Shown here in pieces: positions 1 to 12,700 of a stretch of DNA of 64,000 bases. The stretch's first letter is position 1. Every line of letters begins with the position of its first letter. The notes under the pieces are model-generated. The model did not search any database. It had not been told where the DNA came from and saw nothing but the letters and a program-made list of their open reading frames with translations. The position numbers and the translations under genes are program-made. Source of the DNA: Lytechinus pictus (Eukaryota); assembly GCF_037042905.1 (NCBI RefSeq), contig NC_087260.1:24242001-24306000 (forward strand), written 5' to 3'.

Positions 1-205
1 CCATTCTCCCCTCATGCCCCACCCCTCCATCCCCTCCACTCCCCCTTTCCACCCTCATGCCCCACCCCTCCACTCCCCCTTTCTCCCATTCTCCCCTCAT
101 GCCCCACCCCTCCATCCCCTCCACTCCCCCTTTCTCCTCTCTGCCCCCTCCAAAATCTCCCCATGCCCCTTCCCTCCAACCCCTCTCCCTCCCCTATCTC
201 CCTCA
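1..205. repeat. C/T-rich degenerate tandem repeat (~49-bp unit)
   Basis: ccattctcccctcatgccccacccctccatcccctccactccccctttc at 1-49 and again from 86, with a partial copy between; G-runs on the minus strand. Confidence 0.8.
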
Positions 206-3200
206 TGTCTGTTCATTGTTCAGCCCATAATTCATCAAATCTGATTTAGGCACAATTCCTTCAGTAGGCCTACTAGAACCCATTCATGTCACATTTTAAG
301 TGGTTTAATCAGAGAACATGTTCTCTAGTTGTGAGAGGAGTCAGAGAGGTGAGAGAATCTCCATCTTTCAGATGTAATGGGATTGTCTTGAGCAGGTTAG
401 GTCTCTTAACACCCTCTTTCTCCTGCTTCGACTCCGCCCATCATTTCCCTGGTGCTTCATCATCCCCTTTTCTCAGCTCTTTAATGTGATTTTGTGAAGA
501 GAGCATCTGTACAAACAACCTCTAGGGATGTGGGATGAGAGAGTGAAATGCAGTAGAATATTCAGTATGTGGGACTGTAGTGAGGTGGATTTCTACCTGT
601 TTCTATTCGATTAGGCCAGCTTTCTCCTTTCCTCTTGATAACATGTAGCAGCCATTGTGCACCTGTCCTCAATTTCAACCTAGCTAGAGGGTCTGCTTTG
701 AAAAGTGGTTTAACACTTTAACTGTCAATGTTTCATCTTGAAACTGCCAGCAAAAGGCATTTCATCATACTGAGGGATTGAAAGAGTTAACATTCAAACT
801 CGTATTCAAAATGAAGGTGAATCATTGAAATAATATGAGGGTTTTTTCCCCTTGATAGTTTTCACCAGGACTTTCTTTCTTATAGAAGTGTCACATGCAA
901 TAACTTTATTTATTTTCTAGAAGATACCTTTTGCACGTTCACAATTTTGCTCTTTCACATATTCTTAGGGATTATTTGTTTCAAAATCCATTTGATTAGG
1001 CCCAATACTGTATAAATATTGTATTATAATACATAGGTTATTTCTTTATAATAGTACCCTGTAGTTACGAATATTTTCTGTTATAATTATATAAATATTG
1101 AAAACTAGACTCGAGGTACGATTACTTTTATGAAAATGGGAAATTTCATTTGGGCCTCCACCATGTGGGCCAGTGTGGTGATGATATTGAAGGTCGGTTT
1201 ATGTACCACATCTTTATTTACTTGTACTTTGTAGGACTATACTTACAATTTATTTGTGCAGTAGCAGAGTTTTAGTTCTTCACATATCCCAGATTTGATC
1301 CTCTTTAACAATCATTTTACAAGATTAACTAGGCTAGATCCCAGGCTCTAGTTATTATACAGTTTTCTTGCAATTAAGTAGAGCAGGACTTTTCTCATCT
1401 TTGTAAAGCTTCGTATTCATACTGTCCAGACTAAAATGTTATATTTTTCTCTCCTGCGATGGAATTGTTCAATCCTAAGTCTGATTCTCCCCAGCGTGTG
1501 AATCCCTTTATATCAGACTTTGGATTAGAAGAATTCTGGATTAGTCTGGAATGTGATGTTTTTTGCTAACTTGTTTACGCCATTTGAAATTTTAAATCCC
1601 ACATTTTATTTATTTCCCCCTTATTTCTTCTTTGTAAGTAAAAGTTTTCATGTTTGATGGATCAGACTCTTCTTCATTTTTTTTCTGTAAGTGGATTTAA
1701 ACGAAAATATAATTTAAGGATGTTGAATATGCTTGCAAATTCAGGGGACCTGCAAAATTAGAGGGGAGGGGGTCAACGCCCATCCTTTACCCTCAATCTA
1801 GTCTGTGAGCACAGACTAAATTACATATATATATGTCTAGGGTGGACAATAGACTACTATGTGTTTATCAGCAATCCAGGCTCTTGCATAGTAGTTTGTT
1901 AAAAATTATTGTATTCTCTATATATGCTTTTAGGTATTTTAAAAGAAATTGACAATTTCATATTCCCTAGATAGTTTAAGCATGCAAAGCCTTCAAATTC
2001 TATTAGATTTTGAATGAATGGGAATGAATAGCATCCCTAAGAAAGTTTTAACCAATTATTATGACTCATTTACCCCCTTACTTAGATCATGGACCTACAT
2101 GCTTAGATACTGCAATTCTGATAAATGAAATCTAGTTTTCTCCGTCTAGAGCTAAATGGTAAAGAAAATAATGAAGAGAAATGCCCAAGAATTAGTTGCT
2201 TCCTCTCTTTGGTCTTAATGACCGTTTAGGAGAAAGATACACCCTCAAATGGACTATTTGATAAGATTTAACCCCTCATTTAATCATCATAAATTTTGGT
2301 CAGCTACCCCCATTTTTCATTGTTTTCTTCAGTTGATCCTCCTCCTCCACAGATCCTGAACTCTTGGTCTGATTATCAGCTTTAAGGTTGTGCGATCCCC
2401 CAAATTCCTTCTCATTGTCCGGCTTTGTCCGCTGTCATCAAGTGATTGCATCCCAAGCTGAAAATGAGACTTTGTCAAACCAAACTCACCTTCTCAGCTA
2501 CCATTGTTGCCAATTTGTTGTGTCTCTCCTCCCCTGGCATACATAGTGATTTCCTTTGAAGCCCCGTAGCTCTATTGTCATTGAAGGCCCTTCTAAAGTT
2601 CCAAATAAACTTCCAACCACAATTCCAAATTTCTTCTCAAACCATTAAGGATTGATAAAAAGAGTGTCACAATTGGCAAATCCCTGTTTATTTCTTTGAT
2701 GAAACTCTCTCCATATCCCCCTTCACACTGCTAAGATTCATCGTATAATAAAGTAAAGAAACTACTGAAATCATGCTACTTTTGTAGAGCTAATCTAATA
2801 TGAATGCACTGTAGTTTTCTTTTCAGCATGAGTTTTAGGATAGAATACTTGACCTATTTCCTTTGCTTTACAAGGTCTAGTTTGAGGAATTTTAGGCTTT
2901 TTCGTTTCAACTGACCCATCACAGGAATTTTTGAAATTGTAATTTGGTCTGAGTGATCCATTGGATGTCAGCCTAAGCTTTGACCTTTTACATTTATATT
3001 TTTTAGCGATTTAGTACAATTTTTTTAATGGTGTGAATGGTCTATTTCATGATTCTTTCTCTGATGCTACTATGTAGTAAATCCCTACGAAATAGACTGA
3101 TGAATGTATGAGACACAAAAAAAGCATCCAACAAAACTTATCTTCTGTTTTTGTACTGCTATTGTGTCCCCTCCTTTCTTTCAGATGTAGTCTAGTTGCC

Positions 3201-3859
3201 CAGTCTTGGATATTTTTAGGTTTTTATGTGTTTTTGTGGAAAAACTAGGCAGGCTTACATGGTGGCTGTTGATGAGTTATCCTGTATTGTCATATTGATG
3301 AAGGTTTTGTTGGTAGAAGTGACACATAATTTCATTTATTGTAGAAAGGTGAATGATGAAGGTTCATATTGAGAATGGCTTCAGCTGTCCATTATTAGAA
3401 TACTTTTGTCTGAATTTTACTACAAAGTATAGTAAATCCATAATCACATTGAGAAATGAAATAAATGTGAGAATGAATGTTAAGGATTAAGAGAGTGATT
3501 GCACTTGTCAGCATTACAAGTGGCCAGGTTAACAAGAGATAAAGACCTGTTAGATTTTACTTCACACCTGGGACCTACATAGGGTAGTCAGCCTAAGTCA
3601 GATGTCATGTATGTGAACAAAGTAGAAGTTTCCGTGACAGTATGCTGTTGTTCTGACAAGTTACTCAGTCCTCACGATTTACTAAAAGAAACTTTTTCTT
3701 CTTGGCATGGAATAGTTATGCATGGTCTCGGGGTAGACCAGAAGTGGGAGAATTTCTTCTCGAAGAACAAGATTATAAATTCATGCATGGACATGCTACA
3801 CAGGACATTGATACAGGGTACTATGTCTATGTATGGCACGCCCATAGGGAAACAATTAT

Positions 3860-4400
3860 ATATATATTTCACTTGAAAAAAATATGTTTCTCTTCTACTA
3901 AACCATTTCACTCAAAGAAATTTATATTTCACTTTTCAAAAAATATATTTCACTTTTATAAAAAAAATATATTTCACTTTTCAAAAAAATATATTTCACT
4001 TTTCAAAAAAAATATATTTCACTTTTCAAAAAAATATATTTCACTTTTCAAAAAAATATATTTCACTTTTCAAAAAAAAATATATTTCACTTTTCCAAAA
4101 AATATATTTCACTTTTCAAAAAAAAAATATTTCACTTTTCAAAAAAATATATTTCACTTTTCAAAAAAATATATTTCACTTTTCAAAAAAATATATTTCA
4201 CTTTTCAAAAAAATATATTTCACTTTTCAAAAAAATATATATTTCACTTTTCAAAAAAATATATATTTCACTTTTCAAAAAAAATATATTTCACTTTTCA
4301 AAAAAATATATTTCACTTTTCAAAAAAATATATTTCACTTTTCAAAAAATAATATATTTCACTTTTCCAAAAAAAATATGTTTCACTTTTGAAAAGAATC
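3860..4400 (+). repeat. ~21-24-bp subterminal tandem array (aaaaaaatatatttcacttttc), left arm
   Basis: About 20 units differing mainly in A-run length. Confidence 0.95.
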
Positions 4401-4499
4401 ATTTCACTTGTTACATTTTAATTTTGAAAGAAAACAAATCCTTTCACTTTTGTTGGATATCACATGCGGCTGCCGTATTAGACCGTACGTAAAATTCAT

Positions 4500-4851
4500 C
4501 TATCTATCTATCTACCTACATGATATATCTATCTATCTCTCTGCCTAATATATATCTATCTGTTTAAATCTATCTATCTATCCATCTATCTGTCTGTCTA
4601 TTTATCTATCTATCTCTCGAACTATTTATTTTTTTATCTATCTAACAATTATCTGTTTAAATATGTCTGTCTATCTATCTATCTGTCTGTCTCTTTATCT
4701 ATCTATCTATCTATCTAATATCTATTTATTTATTTTAATATGTCTATATCTGTTTATTTATCATTCAATCTATCTATCTATCTAATGATTTATCCGGCTG
4801 TTTAAATGTCTGTATATCTGTCTTAATTTCTATCTATCTGCCTATTTATCT

Positions 4852-4895
<44 letters not shown>

Positions 4896-5588
4896 ATATC
4901 TATCTATCTATCTATCTTATAAGTCTATCTGTTCAAAATATGTATGTCTACCTTTTATCTTTCAATCTAATATCTATTGATCTGTGCAAATAATCATGTC
5001 TGTTTATTTATCTGTTTATCTATTTAATATCTATCTATTAAATCTGTTAAATATGTTATTCTATCTGTCTATCTATCAATAAATATATCAATCTATTTTC
5101 TCTCTATCTATATATCTATCCATCTGTTTATCTATCTGCGTATGTATCTATGTATCTATCTGTCTCTGAATCTATGTGTATATCAAATATAATATCATAA
5201 TCACCGTTATCATCATCATCATATTTGCCATCAATCATCAGCATCATCCTCCTCATCGTATTTTTTATCATCAATCAATATCTATCTAATGTCTATCTGT
5301 CTATCTATCTAATACCTATTTATCTGTTTATATCTATCTATATATTAATCCCTTTTATTAATATATATCTATCTTCTATTGATCAATCCACCTATCATTT
5401 ATCTCTCCATCCATCGATCTATCTATCTATTTATCTATCTTTCTTATACGTATCTGTTTAAATATGTATGTCTATCTGTCTGTCTATTTATCTTTCATAC
5501 TTATATCCACTCATTTGTATAAATAATTATGTCTGTTTATCTACGACCAACCACCTAATTCGTCCGCACGACGAATTAAAATCTAGTT
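4500..5588 (+). mobile_element. (TCTA)n-rich 3' fragment of a Helentron/HINE-like element inside the left arm
   Basis: Ends in accacc-TAATTCGTC-cgcac-GACGAATTA-aaat-CTAG-tt (5550-5588), nearly identical to the 3' end of the Helentron at 57767-57805. Confidence 0.75.
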
Positions 5589-7281
5589 TCTTTTTCACTT
5601 GTTACATTTTAAATCTGAGAGAAAACAAATCCTTTCACTTTTGTTGGATAACACATACGACGGCGGCTGCCGTATTAGACTGTACGTAAAATTCATTCCT
5701 CACGTAAAAATCCATTCCTCTCGCTACGTAAAACATTTCACTCTTGTTGCAAAATTCATTTCACTCAATTGCAAAAAATACGTTCCTCTTTTTTCTCGGC
5801 CTGTAGGCGGCGCGCTTCATTGTTGGCGGGAAATAGAGATGGTTGCAAAATTTTCGCTGTGCTGAGGGGAGAAATCATGAAAGCGGTTGCAACTCACAAA
5901 ATGACAAGGATATGGGGATATCAGCGAACGCAATTACGTCACTTTCCCACGTGCACGAGAATGCACCACGAGGTGGGCCCATGAACACAAAACGTAAAGT
6001 ATGATTTTATCGCTGATTATGCACAATAGCCAGTGCAATCAGCCGTTGCATTCTGCCCTACGATCAATCACTAACCTTAGCACGGTCTGGCTATACGTTT
6101 TGTAGGCATGGGGCATGAATACTTTATACATACACTATCTACAGAGCTGAATGGTCAAGGTAAGTGTTGAAATTTCCCTTTTCTCCATTCCGTCTGTCTT
6201 TTACTTCATTGACATACGATGATCGTAATGATTGATTAAATGAAGCTTACAAAGAGCTACAATTCACTGGTCAACTCGCTTGTACCTGCACTGCAAAACC
6301 AAATTCTCTCCAGTTTGTCCGAGACATGAATGGGGGGTTTTCCAATGCTACTCTCAGAACGGGCAGTACTTCACCGTCTTTTGAACAGACATGAAAAGTG
6401 AGTATACGGGACTGAAGTTAAGTGATGACGTCATCGCTCAACCCTAAAAATTTGGTGTTAGCCGAGAATGTCCACCGAAAGCGATGACGTCTTCACCCAT
6501 TCAGTCATGTATGCTTTACCGCCTATGTCTGGTTTGAAGAAGCACTGCCCGTGACAAAATGGTGAGAATTTGGTTTTGCAACGGAAGTACAAGCGAGTTG
6601 ACCAGTGAAATGTAGCCTTTTGTAAGCTTCATTTCATCAATCATCGCGATTATCGTATGTCAATGAAGTAAAAGACAGACGGAATGGAGAAAAGGGAAAT
6701 TTCAACACCTTGTCCATTTAGCTCCGGAGATAGTGTAGTGCCATGCGTGGAGCTATTCATGCTTCATATCATGCCTACAAAACGTTAGTGATTGATCGTA
6801 GGGCAGAATGCAACGGCTGATTGCACTGGCTATTGTGCATAATCAGCAATAAAATCAAACTTTATGTTTTGTGTTCATGGGCCCACCTCGTGGTGTATAT
6901 TCTCGGGCACGCGTGGGAAAGTGTTGTAATTGGGTTCGCTGGTATTCCCATATCCTTGTCATTTTGTGTGTTGCAACCGGATTCATGATTTCTCCCCTCA
7001 GCAGAGCGAAAATTTTGCAACCATCTCTGTTACCTCGTCCTGACAACAATGATGTGCGCCGCCTACAGGCCGAAAAAAAAGAGGAACGTATTTTTTTGCA
7101 ATTGAGTGAAATGAATTTTGCAACAAGAGTGAAATGTTTTACGTAGCGAGAGGAATGGATTTTTACGTGAGGAATGAATTTTACGTACAGTCTAATACGG
7201 CAGCCGCCGTCGTATGTGTTATCCAACAAAAGTGAAAGGATTTGTTTTCTCTCAGATTTAAAATGTAACAAGTGAAAAAGA

Positions 7282-8400
7282 AACAAGATTTTAATTCGTC
7301 GTGCGGACGAATTAGGTGGTCGGTCGTAGATAAACAGACATAATTATTTATACAAATGAGTGGATATAAGTATGAAAGATAAATAGACAGACAGATAGAC
7401 ATACATATTTAAACAGATACGTATAAGAAAGATAGATAAATAGATAGATAGATCGATGGATGGAGAGATAAATGATAGGTGGATTGATCAATAGAAGATA
7501 GATATATATTAATAAAAGGGATTAATATATAGATAGATATAAACAGATAAATAGGTATTAGATAGATAGACAGATAGACATTAGATAGATATTGATTGAT
7601 GATAAAAAATACGATGAGGAGGATGATGCTGATGATTGATGGCAAATATGATGATGATGATAACGGTGATTATGATATTATATTTGATATACACATAGAT
7701 TCAGAGACAGATAGATACATAGATACATACGCAGATAGATAAACAGATGGATAGATATATAGATAGAGAGAAAATAGATTGATATATTTATTGATAGATA
7801 GACAGATAGAATAACATATTTAACAGATTTAATAGATAGATATTAAATAGATAAACAGATAAATAAACAGACATGATTATTTGCACAGATCAATAGATAT
7901 TAGATTGAAAGATAAAAGGTAGACATACATATTTNNNNNNNNNNNNNNNNNNNNNNNNNNNNNNNNNNNNNNNNNNNNNNNNNNNNNNNNNNNNNNNNNN
8001 NNNNNNNNNNNNNNNNNNNNNNNNNNNNNNNNNNNNNNNNNNNNNNNNNNNNNNNNNNNNNNNNNNNTAGAAATTAAGACAGATATACAGACATTTAAAC
8101 AGCCGGATAAATCATTAGATAGATAGATAGATTGAATGATAAATAAACAGATATAGACATATTAAAATAAATAAATAGATATTAGATAGATAGATAGATA
8201 GATAAAGAGACAGACAGATAGATAGATAGACAGACATATTTAAACAGATAATTGTTAGATAGATAGAAAAATAAATAGTTCGAGAGATAGATAGATAAAT
8301 AGACAGACAGATAGATGGATAGATAGATAGATTTAAACAGATAGATATATATTAGGCAGAGAGATAGATAGATATATCATGTAGGTAGATAGATAGATAG
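7282..8400 (-). mobile_element. Mirror copy of the Helentron-like (TAGA)n insert in the right arm
   Basis: Reverse complement of 4500-5588 with few substitutions; contains assembly gap 7935-8067. Confidence 0.75.
7935..8067. other. Assembly gap
   Basis: N run; its mirror position is 4833-4935, which contains a pure (TATC)n tract. Confidence 1.
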
Positions 8401-8499
8401 ATGAATTTTACGTACGGTCTAATACGGCAGCCGCATGTGATATCCAACAAAAGTGAAAGGATTTGTTTTCTTTCAAAATTAAAATGTAACAAGTGAAAT

Positions 8500-9063
8500 G
8501 ATTCTTTTCAAAAGTGAAACATATTTTTTTTGGAAAAGTGAAATATATTATTTTTTAAAAAGTGAAATATATTTTTTTGAAAAGTGAAATATATTTTTTT
8601 GAAAAGTGAAATATATTTTTTTGAAAAGTGAAATATATTTTTTTTGAAAAGTGAAATATATTTTTTTGAAAAGTGAAATATGTATTTTTTTGAAAAGTGA
8701 AATATATTTTTTTGAAAAGTGAAATATATATTTTTTTGAAAAGTGAAATATATTTTTTTGAAAAGTGAAATATATTTTTTTGAAAAGTGAAATATATTTT
8801 TTTTGAAAAGTGAAATATATTTTTTGGAAAAGTGAAATATATTTTTTTTTGAAAAGTGAAATATATTTTTTTGAAAAGTGAAATATATTTTTTTGAAAAG
8901 TGAAATATATTTTTTTTGAAAAGTGAAATATATTTTTTTGAAAAGTGAAATATATTTTTTTTATAAAAGTGAAATATATTTTTTTGAAAAGTGAAATATA
9001 AATTTCTTTGAGTGAAATGGTTTAGTAGAAGAGAAACATATTTTTTTCAAGTGAAATATATAT
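8500..9063 (-). repeat. Subterminal tandem array, right arm
   Basis: (gaaaagtgaaatatattttttt)n, reverse complement of 3860-4400. Confidence 0.95.
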
Positions 9064-9561
9064 TTAATTGATTCCCTATAAGCGTGCCATATCTATGGGA
9101 TCATTCAATTAGTTCAGGCAGCAGCATGTATTGTACAGCCATGAATACAGCTATATACTAGGGTCGTTAGTTCTCATTCATCCTTCCAATAGGGGCCCTT
9201 TTATTTGCCCCTGTTCTCTATTGACTGCCCCCTGAATGCCACCCTACCCCCTTTGTTGTGCTATCCTTCAAAGGACTTTCTCCCCATTCCAGAGATTAGT
9301 GTCAGTCCCTTTCACAATATCCAAACGGCTTTTCACAATGTAAAATTCATATGATTTTTATTTGAGAGAATAGTTTGCATTTTTTGTATTTTGGTATACA
9401 AAAGCAGCAACAAATTGTTTTTTAAGGACCCTTGATCTTGATTAAGCTCTTGTATTACTGGAAATTAGTAAAAAGTATGTTAAAACACTCCTTATCTTTT
9501 TCTTTTTTCCTTTTTCTTTTTCTCTAATGAAACTTGAGGGCAGAATTTAAAAATAAAACCT

Positions 9562-9730
9562 GGTGGGTGTTATATGAAAGTTGTCAGCACTGACTTAATT
9601 GTCAGTGCTGACAATTTCAGTGAAATCATTTGTTTTGATTGGCTGAAAGGCACTGGCCTCTGACTGTTACTATGGTAACTGTCGGAGAAAGACAACTTGT
9701 CAGTAATGACAACTTTCATGAAACGGTCCC
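9562..9730. mobile_element. Short Harbinger-like MITE
   Basis: Imperfect TIR atgaaagttgtca / tgacaactttcat, internal palindrome ttgtcagcactgac..gtcagtgctgacaa, central GATTGGCTG. Confidence 0.6.
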
Positions 9731-12700
9731 TTTATAAACGTAATAACTTGTTTAAGGGAGAATTAAATAGAATTAAAAAAACATCTGATTAAATAGACTA
9801 GAAAGTTCAGTCTAATTGGAAGAGGCAAATTGGGCACATGGCGGGCCTTGCCCCAATGTTGGATTTTTGTTGATGTGCCACTACTTGTGATCTCAGGGAG
9901 ACGGATGATTCCCCCATTGTAGATTTATTACAAGAGAATATCCTTTGTGCCAGCACGTGCAGTTTTGAAACGGCTTCTCTGCCATGCATGTCTTGCCCTC
10001 TGATATACATACCATGCAGAACAGAACATTCTGACTCCCGCTCAAAAAACGTTCTTGTATACATCTATTTTCAACGATGAAATGTACTCACACTTAAGTG
10101 GTACGAATTCCTTTTCCCTTTCATTTCTTCTGAAAGCGTCCCTCACAGCAGTTGTCCGGGCCCTTCTTGAATGGTCCTGAGACACGTACCGAACGGCTGA
10201 CTCACCTTTCAAATCTTTCTCATGCTGACAAAGACTTACAAATGGGATGTAACTACTGCTTCTTTATTGAAACTGTGTCTTTTCGTCAAGAGTATGTTAA
10301 ATATTGTTTAATCAGCAGTATTGTCACCCTGTTCTGCAGTCATTGATGTCAGTGATACCAGGATATTAGGTTATTGGTGATACTGACAGTGATCGCTGAT
10401 CAGACTGTGAGACATTTGTCCTGGAATAATCTCAAATTTGAATAGGCCTACATAATGTACATGTACCTTATAAGGGGGGGGGGGAACTTGATAGCATTTG
10501 TAATTATAACAAAACATTTCTCATCAAAATTCAAAATGGCAAAAATCTTATCATTTGAAGATAAATAGGCTCTATTACTAGATTCTACAGGTCGCCATTT
10601 TTAAAGTACACCTCTTACAAGATATCTCTTTATATTTGAGGTATATCTACAGTGTATGTGTACTATTAAAGTAGGCCTTAGATTATTTGGTTCATCAACA
10701 GTTATTTTTCTAATCTATATTTTAGTTGTGCAATCAATATGTCCGTAAAGCTGCCCATCACTTGTTGCTCAATATTCAAACATTTCAAAGAACTGTCTGA
10801 AATTGATATCTACCATCAAAGTGATCATAACATAGGCCTATACATACATATTGGATTGAAAATGTTAAATTATATATTTTAACAGTGGACTGTTATTTAA
10901 TAGACCTATCATGCTGAAATGAATCAAGGTTTGTTTGTAGGATTGGAACACGCAACCCTCTGAATGAAAAACAAGAGTCGAACCACAAGCGCTATAGGAT
11001 ACTTCCAGTTATTATCAATCTGTTGGGGATTTTGTTTTTAGGGATAAATTGAAGTCGGACTCTGATGTTGAAAGCTTGCTAACAAATTAACTGTAATATG
11101 CATAGTGGGTCAATACTGTAGCTACGCTTAAGTAGAAATGTAAATCAAAGCAAAGGCTTCTGGTAAGAATTGAATTCAACTTACATGTTATTCTATCTCT
11201 TCCTCAAGGAGGGGGAGGGGGGCAGTGAGGGACTCGAGTGTTTTGTTTAGTGTGTGGTGTACCAGTCTGCTGTTTATTATGCTTGATTTTCAAAGCAAAC
11301 TTTAGTCTTTATTTGCATCTTGGCCTTAAAAATTTGCTGGAATGTATTGCTAATTTAGGGGCTTTGTTGCTTACAAGCACAGTACTTGAATGTACAGGGG
11401 GGGAGGGAAGAGGTTGGCTGCTGTGTGTAGTGAGAAAATGTGTCCCTGGGGACAAAAATCTGTCCCCAGAAGATCATTAGCGAATTGCGATATTTAAAAA
11501 TAAATGAAGAAACAAAACAACCTATAGTGGAATTTTGAATAAGATGGTACTTGATGATTGGATATGCAAAAACTATTCAGTGCAGTAAGGAGTAACCACA
11601 TTTTTTTTGTTGGGCAAAACAATTTCGGTGAGAAGGAGGTAAGTGAGTGTCCATCTTGTTTTTGCACTGTTGTTGGACCTCTGTGTTGTTATCTCCATGG
11701 CCTCACCAAGGGGGACCGTATTTATCCCACGTGTCGCCACTTTTCTTTGCACCAAGGTGATGAAGTTTGTGTATGGTAATAAGATGGAAGTGGAATTCGA
11801 GGTAGAGCGTGAAAGAAAGTGAGAGAGAGAGAGAGAGGAAGAGAAAGTAAGATGGAAGAATAAGAATGGAGAGATAAAGAGGCTTAAATATGTTACAAAA
11901 TGCATCCATTATTCAAACACTTGAGACTTGAATTATATGACTCATCATAGGTTGTAATCAAGTATGGAAGGCCACGGGTGAATCTTCAGTATTCAGTGAT
12001 ACATTTGTATGTAAAAGATATGTATTCAGAAATAGAAAATCATGCTTAGTTAGCCCAAGGAGTTCCTTGGTTAGCCAGAAGTCCACTCCATCAATTATTG
12101 GTGAGCCCCATAATTTTTAGAATTTACTCTGCATCATTTTATTGGTACTGCAGTGAAATTAATTATGAAGACACAAGATTACATTTCTGAAAGACAAAAG
12201 ATTATGCCATGAACTTTCAAACCCTAACCGATTATTCTGTCAATTACTACCAGTCATACTTTTTAAATAGAAAAAAAAAAAAATGGGATTTTTGCGCAAA
12301 AGATAAAAAGAGAAGAATAGAATTTGAATTTTAAGATCATTTTTGATTATGCATATATGTTAAAATGTTAACATTTTATAGACTACATCATTCGGGAAAA
12401 CTGAGAAAGATGTACATGTAGTTAAAAATAGGGACACCACAAATAACATGTATAGATGTTTTAGAGCATCTCTTTTTTTAAATAGAATTATCGATAGGCC
12501 CTTTTTAAATTCACAAATCTGTGTGAAACGCAGTGATTTGAATGGATGAATGATTAGAGGTAGTAGTGCAAAAGGTCTTGAATGTTTTCATAAATCCTAA
12601 TTAACATGTTTGTACAGCTTCAATGCCTAAGTCATTGAGCCAATAACTTACTCAATTGAAATCTCAATGATTCAGAGATATGGTTACCTCAAGTCGAACT

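Larger units (their letters stand above)
3832..9091. mobile_element. Non-autonomous foldback DNA transposon, ~5.26 kb, IS3EU-like termini
   Basis: Starts TATGGCACGC and ends GCGTGCCATA; TCTATG direct repeat at 3826-3831 and 9092-9097 (6-bp TSD). Arms 3832-6438 and 6480-9091 are reverse complements; mirrored ORFs in the track (5225+/7409-, 5468+/7181-) confirm this. No coding capacity. Confidence 0.92.

Noticed and set aside
3702-4352. 216-aa ORF, the longest in the track
   Set aside because: It is a translation of the ~22-bp tandem array (IFHFSKK repeats) and crosses the element boundary.
3860-4400. Regular short repeats resembling a CRISPR array
   Set aside because: No unique spacers, eukaryotic context, and the array is mirrored as part of a TIR.
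5225-7645. Mirror-image ORF pairs as foldback-encoded genes or a transposase
   Set aside because: Short, low-complexity, no DDE or other domain; they result from the palindrome.
3832-9091. Polinton/Maverick assignment from the 6-bp TSD and long TIRs
   Set aside because: The ends are not AG..CT with simple terminal repeats, and there are no polymerase, integrase or capsid remnants.
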